Shown here: in pieces, positions 29,962 to 40,841 of the stretch
How the letters are laid out: each line of letters begins with the position of its first letter
Numbering within the stretch: position 1 is the first letter of the stretch
Notes under the pieces: model-generated
The model's input: the letters and a program-made list of their open reading frames with translations, nothing else
Database searches by the model: none
Told to the model about the DNA's origin: nothing
Origin: Candidatus Poribacteria bacterium
Lineage (GTDB): Bacteria > Poribacteria > WGA-4E > JAJDTR01
Reading direction: 5' to 3'
NCBI GenBank assembly: GCA_965222225.1
Contig: CBDCTK010000002.1
Location: 4,608,001-4,672,000, forward strand
Length of the DNA stretch: 64,000 nucleotides
Position numbers and translations under genes: made by a program

Positions 29962-30801
29962 TTATTGGGAGTCGGGCGGGATTCCGCACAACCGTCTCAT
30001 GCGGTTATCCATTGAACGCACCTGATCGGAGTGAAAAGCGCTGCTTCTATCTTCAATCGATTCGCCATCTTCACATCGTACGAAGTGGGCAAACATTACC
30101 CTTCGCGGCACGTCGAGGACATTCTCGGAGCGATCGTGCACCATAAACGCGTGAAAAAACACCGCGCTACCCGCGGGAACCCCCATCGCTTTTCGTTCCT
30201 GCAGACCGTCCATCTCTTTGAATTCCTGTGCCACAGCCCGCCCGTGGAGTGCGGGATCTTCGAGACACTTCTGGACAAAATGATGGCTGCCGGGACGTAA
30301 TATGAAGGCGCCCCCGCTAGGTTCGACGGTGCTGAAGTGTAGCACACAGTTGACGTATTTCTCATCCCCGGGTTCGGGGGGAGTGTGCGGCCAATCCACA
30401 TGATCGCTGGTTCCAAACTGCTCTGCCCCCGGCGGGCTCTTGTACGTGACCACCGGACATGAGGTGTGGCAGATTCGTAGCGGACCGCCCAACAACATCT
30501 CGGCTGCCTCGATCAAGCGCGGATGACCCGCTAGATTGGACAGACGCGGCTCACAGTAATCCCCTCTGAGCGCTTTGCGGCCGTTCAATTCACCTCCGGT
30601 GCCGCATACCAATGGTGGTTGCGCGTCCGGTGGCAACAATTGATCGATTTCGGCAACGGCTTCATTGATTTCCTCCTCCGAGAGAATGTCGTTCACAATG
30701 AAATAGCCGTCAAGTTCAAATTGATAGCGGTCAATTTGGTCGGCTATTGATGTGCCGTGGAATCCGTATGAAAGCGATGCCAACGCGAAGAGATTGTACA
30801 T
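29962..30801 (-). CDS. PhyH-family dioxygenase
   Basis: FELDGYFIV, DHVD, GGAFILRPGSH, AGSAVFFHAFMVH. Confidence 0.88.
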   Translation of the reverse strand: MYNLFALASLSYGFHGTSIADQIDRYQFELDGYFIVNDILSEEEINEAVAEIDQLLPPDAQPPLVCGTGGELNGRKALRGDYCEPRLSNLAGHPRLIEAAEMLLGGPLRICHTSCPVVTYKSPPGAEQFGTSDHVDWPHTPPEPGDEKYVNCVLHFSTVEPSGGAFILRPGSHHFVQKCLEDPALHGRAVAQEFKEMDGLQERKAMGVPAGSAVFFHAFMVHDRSENVLDVPRRVMFAHFVRCEDGESIEDRSSAFHSDQVRSMDNRMRRLCGIPPDSQ

Positions 30802-30951
30802 TTTCGTCTTTCCCTTTAACGCGTAGAACGTTGATTATAATAGGGACCTGTCATCCATTAAATATTAGTGAGTGATGCGATTCGTCTTGGACAGTTTGCT
30901 GTTCTTGCTTGACCCGAAAAACGATAAAACTTGCCGTTAGGTGAAGTGCCG

Positions 30952-31437
30952 TCAGAGATTCTGTCGTTTTATTATCGTGGAAACAATTTCGGCTGGGGTG
31001 TGCGTTATGTCTACTTCAATGGCATCGTCGGGTTCTTCCAGCGTTGAAAATTGGCTTTCCAATAACGACTCTCCCATGAAGTGCCCTTTCCGGTCATTAA
31101 GTCTTTTCTTAATCTGCTCGAAATCACCCTTGAGATAGACCAAAGACACATCTTCCGCATCCGTCATCAAGTATCTCCGATAGGAGTGCTTGAGAGCGGA
31201 ACATGCGATTATCCCGTTTTTTCTTTCTCGCCGTAGTCGAATAACGAGGTCCCGCAGCGTACTAAGCCACGCTTCTCTGTCGCTGTCCGTCAAAGGGATT
31301 CCCGCCGCCATCTTCTCCTTGTTGGAAGAATCGTGAAAATCATCTCCGTCAAAGAAATCCCACTGCAACTCTTCAGACAACAGGGCGCCTATCGTAGTCT
31401 TTCCGGATCCGGATACTCCCATCAGAACGATTATCAT
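30952..31437 (-). CDS. gntK: Gluconokinase
   Basis: MGVSGSGKTT, DGDDFH, GIPLTDSDR..W, CSALK..YR, GHFM...LESQF.TLE.P. Confidence 0.93.
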   Translation of the reverse strand: MIIVLMGVSGSGKTTIGALLSEELQWDFFDGDDFHDSSNKEKMAAGIPLTDSDREAWLSTLRDLVIRLRRERKNGIIACSALKHSYRRYLMTDAEDVSLVYLKGDFEQIKKRLNDRKGHFMGESLLESQFSTLEEPDDAIEVDITHTPAEIVSTIIKRQNL

Positions 31438-31623
31438 TGACGTTGCGAAAGTTACGTTTTCAAAACGGTTAATTAAGAAATCTCATTAAGAAAATTACGA
31501 TAGACTTGCTGCCAAGTTGATACCCCGCGCAATCTATCAAGAGGCAAAACTTGCATACGAATTCTAGCATAGAAAAACCTCACTCGCAACACAAAAGGTT
31601 ATCCGACCGCTCCATCTATCTAC

Positions 31624-31652
31624 TTGACAAGCTCAGGCGTCCCTAGTATCAT
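31624..31652 (+). promoter_or_regulatory. Sigma70-type promoter
   Basis: TTGACA-17 nt-TATCAT upstream of the phyH gene at 31830. Confidence 0.6.
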
Positions 31653-31829
31653 GAACCGTTAAAGCTAGGGCACATCCTAGATTTGCGCTTGGTTGTTACT
31701 AGGAAATGCCGCATATTGGATGGCAACGCTGTGTCTTGCTTTCCTTAGGTAAAATCGAGTCACTCTAGCGTATGAATCTTGGCCGATACAAATGGGAAGT
31801 TGAATCATCAATTACATATTTGAAGACTT

Positions 31830-32690
31830 ATGTTTGAAAACACCTGTGCTCACGAAGTAGATATTGACTTCTTTGACCAAAACGGTTATCTGATTGTGCG
31901 CAAAGCGCTTGACGACAAATCCATTGCCGGTCTGATTGAAGCGGGGAATTGCTTGATTAACAGTAACCTGACCGAAAACAGGCAGCGCTTGGGGGAATCG
32001 TACGATGGATTTCGCAATGTAGTTACTCTGGACAATGCCTTTATTTCGTTAATTGATCACGCCAAAATCCTCCCAATAGTGGTGCAATTGCTTGGCGCCA
32101 ATCTACATGTGATGACATCTCATCTGATCTACAAACACCCTGATCCGGAGGAGTATCCGGATTCACGTCGTCATCCGGGGTGGCATCGGGATTATCTTCG
32201 GGCAACCAGAGACTTGGGGAACGCGGCGATTCCGCGCCTTCTGGTAAAGTGCGCCTTCTATTTGACCGATTTAACCATGCGGAACCGCGGTGCAACCATG
32301 ATCGCTCCCGGTAGCAATCATCTAATCGGTCGACCTGATATTCCTGACGGACGTGCGGATCCCCTAAATGTGGTCGAACCCAGTCTACAGCCCGGCGATT
32401 GCTTAATCTTTGAAAATCGAACCTTTCACGCGGGAGCGCTACATAGAGGTACGGACACTAGAAAAGCTGTCATGATCGGCTACGGATTTCGCTGGGTTGT
32501 TCCCATGGACTATGTTACGCAATCGGAAGATTTCTTGGCAAGACTCGCGCCTCTACAGCGTTATCTGTTGGGAGGAGAAATTGAAGAAACCGTAGAATAT
32601 CGGTCAGAAGGCGGGCGAAACCCACTCAAGGAGTGGTGTGAGGAACTCGGTATTCCTGACACCCGACACCCTCAACCTCAACGCCTCTGA
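31830..32690 (+). CDS. PhyH-family dioxygenase (paralog of 39889-40764)
   Basis: FFDQNGYLIV, GWHRD, GATMIAPGSN, PGDCLIFENRTFH. Confidence 0.92.
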   Translation: MFENTCAHEVDIDFFDQNGYLIVRKALDDKSIAGLIEAGNCLINSNLTENRQRLGESYDGFRNVVTLDNAFISLIDHAKILPIVVQLLGANLHVMTSHLIYKHPDPEEYPDSRRHPGWHRDYLRATRDLGNAAIPRLLVKCAFYLTDLTMRNRGATMIAPGSNHLIGRPDIPDGRADPLNVVEPSLQPGDCLIFENRTFHAGALHRGTDTRKAVMIGYGFRWVVPMDYVTQSEDFLARLAPLQRYLLGGEIEETVEYRSEGGRNPLKEWCEELGIPDTRHPQPQRL

Positions 32691-33010
32691 CAGTCAACCT
32701 CCCAAGCAAATACCTATTTTAGTCAATTGCAACCAACTCTCCAAGAAGTGATTCACACTCATGCGTCGCCGCGCGCATAGAACAATCTTTGCTGCTCTCA
32801 GACAAACCGAAACATTAAGAATGGCAATTTGACTCGGCATTGTCATCGCAGCACTCCAAATCTTTCTCTTCAGATTCTTCAATCCTACACTATCCAATCG
32901 GTATACCGATCTTCACTTGGTCTTAACTCGGATAACAGATGTCCAGTCGGGTAACAGTGTGCTTGATGTCCAATAAGTCCCCTAATCCCAATTTCAGTCG
33001 TCAAATTTGA

Positions 33011-34984
33011 ATGTTGGTCTTTATTGGACTAATTGCTCTACCGCTTAACAGTCTGTGGGTAATTGATACGGGGGTTACAGGACATGGTATAAATTTTACG
33101 CGCGTCTCGCTCTTCATGAATGCAATTTGCGTCATTTTCGTCTTGAGCCTAATCAATCCTCTGCTTAAACGATTTGCCGCCAAATTCTCGCTAACGTCAA
33201 GAGATATGGTGTTAATTTATGCGATGATTTGCGTGTCTTCCGCAATTGGGGGCCACGATTTCATCCAGCGCTTGTTCCCCATCATCGGATACGGATTCTA
33301 TTTCGCAACTCTGGAGAACGATTGGGCGCAACTCTTCCACCGCCACATTCCCGAAGCGCTCGTCGTCACCGACCGCACAGTGTTACTTGGATATTACAAG
33401 GATCGTCAACCTCTTTACGACAACAAGTTCTACATCCCGGAATACGTCAGTGCGTGGATTGTACCGTGCCTGGCATGGTCGAGTGTCATTGTTGCCGTAT
33501 TGGTGTGTATGCTTGGCATTAACCTGCTGGTTCGCAAGCAGTGGACAATTCATGAGAAGTTAGCCTATCCACTAGCCCAAATACCTTTGGATATCATTAG
33601 CAACGGTCCGCGTGTGTTTAAAACACCTCTCACTTGGGTCGGATTCTCTGTCGCAGTGGGAATAAACGTCCTTAACGGAATCAATCACTTCTTTCCAAAC
33701 GTCCCCGGGATCTTCGCGCGCCCTTTCTTGATTCACCCGTATCTTACGACAAAGCCTTGGAACACCATGGGCTGGCTTGAGATTAACGTTCATCTTTTCG
33801 CGGTTGGATTGGCGTACTTCATGCCGTTAGACCTGGCATTCTCCTGTTGGTTCTTTTATTGGCTTTGGCGGCTTGAGGCGCTTATCGGTTCAGCCTTTTT
33901 CGGTGTGCCCGGGTCCGGCGGCGTTGCGTTTTCCTTTTTTAGCACGGGTAGATTTCCGTACTCGCAAGAACAATCCATCGGCACTTGCGCCGCGATTTTG
34001 CTTATGGCTGCGTGGGGGCTTCGGCCCGTGGGAAGAGGGATTCTTGACAGTTTCTCAAACTCATTTTCCGGTCAGAATCAGAAACAGTGTAGAGGTTCCT
34101 CGCAAAACCAAGGCAATGGCTCAATCGATGATGCGGCCGAAGATGCTGACTTGCGACGATATCGGTGGGCATCAATCGCGATTCTCGCAAGCATGTGTTA
34201 TCTGATTGCTTTCTGCCATTTGGCAGGAATGTCAATATGGGTGGCAACTTTGTTCTTCTTAATCCTATTCGCAGTTTCAATCGTTGTGACGCGCGTGCGT
34301 ATTGAGGCAGGCTATCCGATGCACGACTTCGTGTTTCGCCCCGAGGACATGTTAGTGGCGGGGTTCGGTACGCGCACGATTGGACCAAAAAACCTAACCC
34401 TCTTTTCCTTTCTCCATTTTCTTACCCACGCGCAACGGAGCAATCCACAACCGCATCAACTGGAATCCTTCAAACTCGCCGATAGAATGAATCTCAACAT
34501 GAACAGACTACTAATTGCAGGGATTCTGATTGCCGCCGTGATTGGCGCCATTGGTGGTTGTTGGGCGTATCTCCATACCACCTACCGGTACCACGTCCTT
34601 CATTATCATCCCGCCGATCGCATATTTTCGCGTCTTCAGAACTGGCTGACGTATCCGCAGCCCCCCGACTTCACATCTCTCGGTTTCATGGGAGTCGGTT
34701 TAGGTATCGGAATGTGGTTTCTAATGTTGCGCAGGCTCTTTGTCTGGTGGCCGCTCCATCCGGCGGGATACATCATCGGGGGGACATGGTCGCTCAATTT
34801 CTTATGGTTCTCAATTTTCCTCACATGGGCTGCGAAGATAATTATCCTTCGATTTGGCGGCATCAAAAGACATCAGCAGGCGGGGAGGTTATTCGTCGGG
34901 TTTGTTTTGGGAGAGTTCGTGATGGTTAGTTTGTGGGGGCTAATTGGGACAATTCTGGGAGAGCGTACTTATCGATTCATCTGA
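33011..34984 (+). CDS. Polytopic membrane protein, DUF6785/DUF6784 family (OPT-like putative transporter)
   Basis: Many TM helices; YFATLENDW, RKQW..HEKLAYPL, RVRIEAG, WWPLHPAGY; in-frame ATG at 32966 is cut off by TGA at 33008. Confidence 0.8.
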   Translation: MLVFIGLIALPLNSLWVIDTGVTGHGINFTRVSLFMNAICVIFVLSLINPLLKRFAAKFSLTSRDMVLIYAMICVSSAIGGHDFIQRLFPIIGYGFYFATLENDWAQLFHRHIPEALVVTDRTVLLGYYKDRQPLYDNKFYIPEYVSAWIVPCLAWSSVIVAVLVCMLGINLLVRKQWTIHEKLAYPLAQIPLDIISNGPRVFKTPLTWVGFSVAVGINVLNGINHFFPNVPGIFARPFLIHPYLTTKPWNTMGWLEINVHLFAVGLAYFMPLDLAFSCWFFYWLWRLEALIGSAFFGVPGSGGVAFSFFSTGRFPYSQEQSIGTCAAILLMAAWGLRPVGRGILDSFSNSFSGQNQKQCRGSSQNQGNGSIDDAAEDADLRRYRWASIAILASMCYLIAFCHLAGMSIWVATLFFLILFAVSIVVTRVRIEAGYPMHDFVFRPEDMLVAGFGTRTIGPKNLTLFSFLHFLTHAQRSNPQPHQLESFKLADRMNLNMNRLLIAGILIAAVIGAIGGCWAYLHTTYRYHVLHYHPADRIFSRLQNWLTYPQPPDFTSLGFMGVGLGIGMWFLMLRRLFVWWPLHPAGYIIGGTWSLNFLWFSIFLTWAAKIIILRFGGIKRHQQAGRLFVGFVLGEFVMVSLWGLIGTILGERTYRFI

Positions 34985-35120
34985 CATTCAAATGGAATCA
35001 GGATACTTTTGTAGCGCTTACGCGATCCAGGTTGTAGTGAACGCAGATTTGCGTTCACTGCTTGCTTGATTCGCAGAAAGAGACAAAGAAGTAGAGGGCA
35101 ATACATATGTAGGAAATAAC

Positions 35121-35169
35121 GATCAACTGAGCGATTGAGCGAACGAATAGTGAGTGCGACAGAAATCCC
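35121..35169 (+). repeat. ~37-nt element (partial + full) in the loop of a GTAG-type hairpin
   Basis: Flanked by TGTAGGAAATAACG (35108-35121) and CGTTATTCCCTACA (35171-35184). Confidence 0.75.
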
Positions 35170-35436
35170 TCGTTATTCCCTACAACAGCGCTGCAACATG
35201 GGATTATTGCAGAAAAGTAATCGTTTCTGCTACTCCGTAAGTTGTGTTTTGATTAGATTGTTCTGCAAATGAGTTGGGTTACCTGACAGTTATGATCCCA
35301 ACCATTCCTGTAGAGGGTATTGAGTCTTACTTAGATACGAGTGTCGGCTAAGAAAAAGATTGCAAAAGGTACGGCATGTGCTATCATCCTTTAACCAAAC
35401 AGGGTGATAACGTATGTAGTCTGAGGAGACCTTGTC

Positions 35437-36300
35437 GTGGACGCACAAGCATTCAAAGAGCAATTTGATGAAGATGGCTACGTCATCCTGCGTGACGTCG
35501 TTCCCATCAAGTTAATAGACAATGCCCGGGTAGCCCTAGAACGCATTGTTGATGCGCTGGCAGAGGAGCGTATTGCCAACGGAAACATCCCGCACGCCTT
35601 TAAGGACGACCCGTTTGAACTACGGTTCAAGAAACTCTTCGAAAACGAACCGGGATCGGGGCTTATTCAATTCACGTCTGAACTGCATCAACCGGAGTTC
35701 TATGACTTGTACACGTATCCACGCATGCTCGATTTGGCGCAATCCTATCTGGACGATGAGTTGCGGGTGATAATCTACGTGGTACGCATGCGAGCGTTTC
35801 CCAACAAACTGTATGAGAGTTTGTGGCATCAGGATGCGGGTTATCTTGGCGCGGGGCGCGGAAGATTAGAACCCTCTGACGAGGCGTATTCTCAACTTCG
35901 GTATATGAATTGTTGGACACTTTTTCAACCCGTTAATCGACACAACGGCTGTATGTAGGTTATTCCCGGCACGCACAAACTAGGAGTTGTCAAGCATGTT
36001 ACCGTACCATCATACAACTACCTCCACATCGATTTTGACCTAATCAATCCGATGATTGACTCAGGACAGGTTGTCAACATGGAACTCAATCCTGGCGACG
36101 TGCTTATTTTCCAAAATCTACTGTTCCATCAAGGCAGCGAAAACAATTCGGGCCAACTTCGATGGAGTGCCGATTTTCGTTACCAAGATGCTCGCCAACC
36201 CACGCTCACGAGTGTCAATGGTCACCTTGTACGGAGTCGTGCACATCCTGAACGCGTAATTTCATCACGTGAGGAATGGGCACGTATCTCATGGTCATAA
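35437..36300 (+). pseudogene. PhyH-family dioxygenase interrupted by an in-frame TAG (35956-35958)
   Basis: WHQD; NGCM*VIPGTH continues in the same frame to PGDVLIF..LLFH and stop at 36300. Confidence 0.85.
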
Positions 36301-36356
36301 CACGAAACAAAAATCAAACCTATACGCAACCAACGCCACTGTATTAGTGACTTATG

Positions 36357-37115
36357 TCAAATCGTCGGCATCACATTGCCGCCGCAGACCGGAATATAAG
36401 CGCCGGTAATGTAGCTAGCCAGGTCGGATGCAAGAAAAAGCACCGCATTGGCAATCTCTTGAGCAGTGCCTCGCCGTTGAAGCGGCACTTTGCTTCGATA
36501 ATTTTCATCGGATACACCGGCGGGGCTTTTGTCGCTAATTGTCCACCCCGGAGCGATCTGATTGACAGTGACCCCGTAAGCTCCAACTTCCTTGGCCAAT
36601 ACACGCAAGACACCGTCCATTCCACGCTTTCCCGCCGTATAAGCACTCTGACCTACAAAGTTCTGCATAGCACATTCGGTATTAATGCCAATTACACGCC
36701 CCCACCCGGATTCAGTCATCGCGGGGACGAAAGCCTTGGTCATGTACACATTGTGTAGCACGCACGACCGGAATTGGCTCTCGTAGTCTTCTGCGGGTTG
36801 ATCCAATATCGAAACCCATTTGTACTGAATGACGGCGTTGTTGACGATGATGTTCGCCGGTCCCAGCTTGGATGTAACGGCATCTCGCATCCTGAGTGTC
36901 GAATCCGCATCGGTTACATCCGCCTGTACAATCATCCCTTGCACGCCTAGCGCTTGAATTTCAACCAACAAGCGTTCTGCCATTACTTCATCTTGATGAT
37001 AGCAGATGGCAATATCCGCGCCAGCTCGGGCAAGCGTTCTGACCATTACACGCCCCAAAGCCCCCGAACCACCTGTAATGACCGCAATTCTACCGGAAAG
37101 GTCAATCTCAATCAT
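36357..37115 (-). CDS. Short-chain dehydrogenase/reductase (FabG-like)
   Basis: TGGSGALG, VNNA, YTAGK, VNQIAPG, ASYITG. Confidence 0.93.
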   Translation of the reverse strand: MIEIDLSGRIAVITGGSGALGRVMVRTLARAGADIAICYHQDEVMAERLLVEIQALGVQGMIVQADVTDADSTLRMRDAVTSKLGPANIIVNNAVIQYKWVSILDQPAEDYESQFRSCVLHNVYMTKAFVPAMTESGWGRVIGINTECAMQNFVGQSAYTAGKRGMDGVLRVLAKEVGAYGVTVNQIAPGWTISDKSPAGVSDENYRSKVPLQRRGTAQEIANAVLFLASDLASYITGAYIPVCGGNVMPTI

Positions 37116-37123
37116 GTCTTTTA

Positions 37124-39038
37124 TCACCAATTTTTAAATGTATACGTGGGTTCACCTGTCAACAAACCCATGATTCCCCACATCGTCCCGAGAACAAAGT
37201 CTCCCAATATAATCCAAGAAATAGAGGAAGAGCCTTTCGATACGCCCTGATGCCCCCGTACTTAAGGAGTGGCGCCTTGATTAACCAACTTTCCAAAAAA
37301 GGGAACCACAGGTGCGCGAAGAAGTGATACCCCGCCAGCGGATAGGCAAGCGGGTGTAACGGCCACCAAAGAAACCGAGATCGCAGGACTGTACCCCTAG
37401 CACGAAGATAAAACCGAAGGCGGTTGACATCAGAGAGGTACCGTCCGCACCTGCCGGTTGCTTAAGCAATCTCTCGATCACATTGTACGCAAGATTGCCG
37501 CGCCAGGCTCCGGGGCCACCCCATTTGTAGCTAAGATCCAGAAATGCCCAGAACGTTACGATGACGGACACAAACGTTGCAAGAAGACAAACTTTCCAGA
37601 GTTTGCGTGTATCAAGTCCGGATCGATCCGCCAGTTTGAAACTCTCCAAATAGGCTGGCATGGGTTGACTCTGAAACCCTTTGGTGTGCGTCCAATGCGG
37701 CGCTGATGCGACAAGCGTCTGTGCCGGTATTCTGTGACTGCCCACTATTGATACAATGAGTTGGAACGGGCCAAAATGAGGAAGTCCGTGTGCCGGCGGT
37801 CCCAACTCCGCGCGCATCCGTGTAAACGCAAAGAGAATCAGAAAGTAAATCACAAAGAACGATAGCGCAAACGATACCGACATTCCCGCGCGATAACAGA
37901 AACCAACCAACAAGGCGATTCCCAGTACAGTGCCTATCGCGGCAGTTCTGTAGCGCATCGGTTCTGTAGAGTCATCCACGCCCCGACGGGAGCCGACAAT
38001 GACGTGAACTACCGCCCGAAGATGCTTTCTCGCCAACCAAAGCGCAATTACAAGAATTCCAAAATAAGCGCCCAGTATCTGCTGGCTGACAAAAGGGTAC
38101 TGCGGTACATTTACTCCGACCGCGCTGCCCCATACGAACTGAAATTTCCACACAAGGAAAAATACCCAGCATGAAAAGAGAAGATCGAGCGGCACCGCAA
38201 ACGCAAGTCCAATCGCGAAGGGGTTCACGTGCATCGGCATCCCCCGCAACGACCTAAGGGAGCTCCAAGGGCGCTCTACGAAGTGTTGGTCCAAATCATA
38301 GGAGACAGGGATACTCGGAATCACCGGGAACAGCACGCTGAACCCGTTGAGCAGACAGATGCCGGCAGCAGAGCCGAAGCCGACCCAGAACAACCCGTTC
38401 CTAAAAAGGCTTTCCGCATCGTCTGTTCGGGTCATTTCGAAAGGGAGATGAACCAGCGGATACGTTAGCTTTTCACGTTCAATCCACTGCTTGCGCATGA
38501 TGATGTCGGCGCAAATCATCACAAACGACGACACCATCAGGAACAGCGTCCACCACAGCATCGGCTGTAACCAGCCTAGGATATGCCGAGATGTGTAGAA
38601 TGACGACTGCCCTGTAAAATAACCGTCCAAGACATGCACCTGTGGCTCAAGCCATTCGGGTATATAGCCTAGAAACAGATTTGCCCATTCGTTTTCTGGC
38701 GTGGCGAACCAATGGGCATTCCCCAACGTTCCCATGATACTGTGCGTGAAGTCGTGTCCACTCACGGGAACAGCCACCATCAATATGCTGTAGACGGTAA
38801 GTAACTCGCCTTGATGCAGCGCCACACTCGGGAGGTATCGACGGATTGGAAGGTTAACTACAATGAGGAGGAAAAGGCAGAAAACCGCGTTGAAAGCTAT
38901 CGTTAGGGTGGTGGGATCCTGGATGTCCCAAACTGTTTCCCACTGCACTACGAGGTAAACGTTGATGGGAATAAACGCGAGGCCAATCAATACGGCACGA
39001 AGCGTGACACCACGCTGGTTCCCTAGTTCACCCAGCAT
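37124..39038 (-). CDS. DUF6785/DUF6784 membrane transporter paralog, two apparent frameshifts (~37395, ~37210)
   Basis: WFATPENEW, RKQWIEREKLTYPL, RMRAELG; shifted frames restore WWPLHPLAY, KYGG and ILGDFV, ending TGA at 37124. Confidence 0.8.
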
Positions 39039-39223
39039 CCGGTTTCTCCATAAGACATTGGAAACGTAGCGCACGGCAATCGTAGTGTCCGCTAGCGAAC
39101 AACGTATTTAATTGGTGCAGGGGAAATACTTGGACAAGAGAGTTATCAGCGCTGGTAATATGCAAACAATTTTATCAGGCCGGTATCAGCAGGTTTGGCA
39201 AGTCTTGCTTGTCTTCATCACCT

Positions 39224-39367
39224 CTATATTTCTGTAGCATAGAGTGAGACCAAGCAATCAAAGTCCTCATGCAGCAGTACGTTTTCCCCATCCTGCGCCA
39301 CGCTCATCGCATGCGGTAACAGAACAAAAATTGCTACCACCAAACCGAATAACACAAATCTCCTCAT
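39224..39367 (-). pseudogene. 47-aa ORF: signal peptide plus short stub, probably a truncated secreted-protein gene
   Basis: GAGGAG RBS; MRRFVLFGLVVAIFVLLPHAMSVAQDGENVLLHEDF...; own promoter upstream. Confidence 0.5.
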
Positions 39368-39457
39368 AGACGATTCTCCTCGTCGCAGTTTGTGGTATTG
39401 CCGCTCAACGGATCCGGTTTACAATCCTGAGTGTAATTGTAGAAAAGACACCGAATT

Positions 39458-39486
39458 ATTGTACTTTCAGGCTCAAAGATTGTCAA
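39458..39486 (-). promoter_or_regulatory. Sigma70-type promoter (minus strand)
   Basis: TTGACA-17 nt-TACAAT on the reverse strand. Confidence 0.65.
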
Positions 39487-39730
39487 GAGAAAATTTGTTT
39501 TTATTGTGTGACACACGCCTTTCAAGCTACCTCGCATTGCAAATCCTTCTTGGTCCCTTGCCGTGTTCTGAGATTTGTCCATGCGCAGAAATACATACGT
39601 TCATTTTCACGGTTTCTGTGATATAATTTAAGCATCGGAATGCTTTCACCCAAAAATTCCGAAATCGGACTATGATGTCACACCAGTACAGCTTGGCATA
39701 ATTGTCGTAAGAGTTATACGTTCAGTAAAG

Positions 39731-39755
39731 GTAGGTGCGATTTTCTAATCGCACC
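39731..39755. repeat. REP-like hairpin GTAGGTGCGATT-TTCT-AATCGCACC
   Basis: GTAG followed by a 9-bp stem. Confidence 0.65.
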
Positions 39756-39888
39756 GTTAGTGAATGTACAGTTTAAGTGGACGTACAAAGGCGCCCCTTA
39801 ACCGTTTAATCCACTTAACTATTTCCGCCAACGTGTACTAGTCGGATACAGTCGGGGAGTCTTAGCCGAATATACAGGAAGATCGAAA

Positions 39889-40764
39889 ATGACAGAAACG
39901 AACGATACACCTATAGATTTGAAATGGCACTCCCTCACGCATTTAGAGGTACGTCAATTTGACGAAGAGGGATATCTCATTGTGCGTGGGGTATTGGATC
40001 CGCCCACTATCAGCAAACTCATAGAAGCTAGCGATCGGCTGATGGCAAGCGATAGACGCGAAAACCGCCAAGTCAGTCACAGTGAATTGTACGACAGCTT
40101 CCGAAACAGTGTCGCAATTGATGACATCTTTATTCCTTTGCTGACGAATGAGACAATCCTTTCCATTGTGGTTCAACTGCTTGGCGCTCACCTGCAGTTA
40201 ATGACTTCGCACCTTATCTATAAACACCCCGATCCACCCGGTACATCAAAGAACGTCCGATCGCCCGGTTGGCACCGCGACTACGGAAGCGCGACCAAAG
40301 TACTCGGTAACGGCGTTCCGCGAATTTTATTGAAATGTGGGTACTATTTGACAGATCTCAGCGAGCCAAACTCAGGTGCTACGTTAGTCGCCCCCGGCAG
40401 CAATCAGCTTGTTGAACCGATTAAAATACCGGAAGGTCAAACCGATCCGACCAACGCGGTCGAACCTAGTCTAAAACCCGGTGATTGTCTGCTATTTGAA
40501 AATCGCACCTGGCATGCCGGAGCGGCGAACCTGACGACGCGGATCCGAAAAGGAATTATGTTCGGATACGGTTACCGATGGGTGATGCCTATGGACTACC
40601 GCACCCAGTCACAGGACGTACTGGATAAACTTAACCCTCTCGGTCAGTACCTTGTTGGTGAATCGTACCAAAAAACACTGGAGTACCATCCGGGCGGAGG
40701 AGAAAGTCCGCTTGCGGCTTGGAGTGAACAGCATGGTGTCCCCGCTGTGAGACCTGTTTCCTAG
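39889..40764 (+). CDS. PhyH-family dioxygenase
   Basis: FDEEGYLIV, GWHRD, GATLVAPGSN, PGDCLLFENRTWH. Confidence 0.92.
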   Translation: MTETNDTPIDLKWHSLTHLEVRQFDEEGYLIVRGVLDPPTISKLIEASDRLMASDRRENRQVSHSELYDSFRNSVAIDDIFIPLLTNETILSIVVQLLGAHLQLMTSHLIYKHPDPPGTSKNVRSPGWHRDYGSATKVLGNGVPRILLKCGYYLTDLSEPNSGATLVAPGSNQLVEPIKIPEGQTDPTNAVEPSLKPGDCLLFENRTWHAGAANLTTRIRKGIMFGYGYRWVMPMDYRTQSQDVLDKLNPLGQYLVGESYQKTLEYHPGGGESPLAAWSEQHGVPAVRPVS

Positions 40765-40841
40765 ATTAGTGTGGTTGCAAAATGGATTTTCTCCCATGTC
40801 GCGACAACTTGGGATACCGAAATTTCGTCAAAGGAAAAATA

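Noticed and set aside
32880-32925. Further minus-strand copy of the 37-nt element
   Set aside because: Only patchy similarity (GACCAAGTGA, CCGATTGGATAGTG); too degenerate to call by eye
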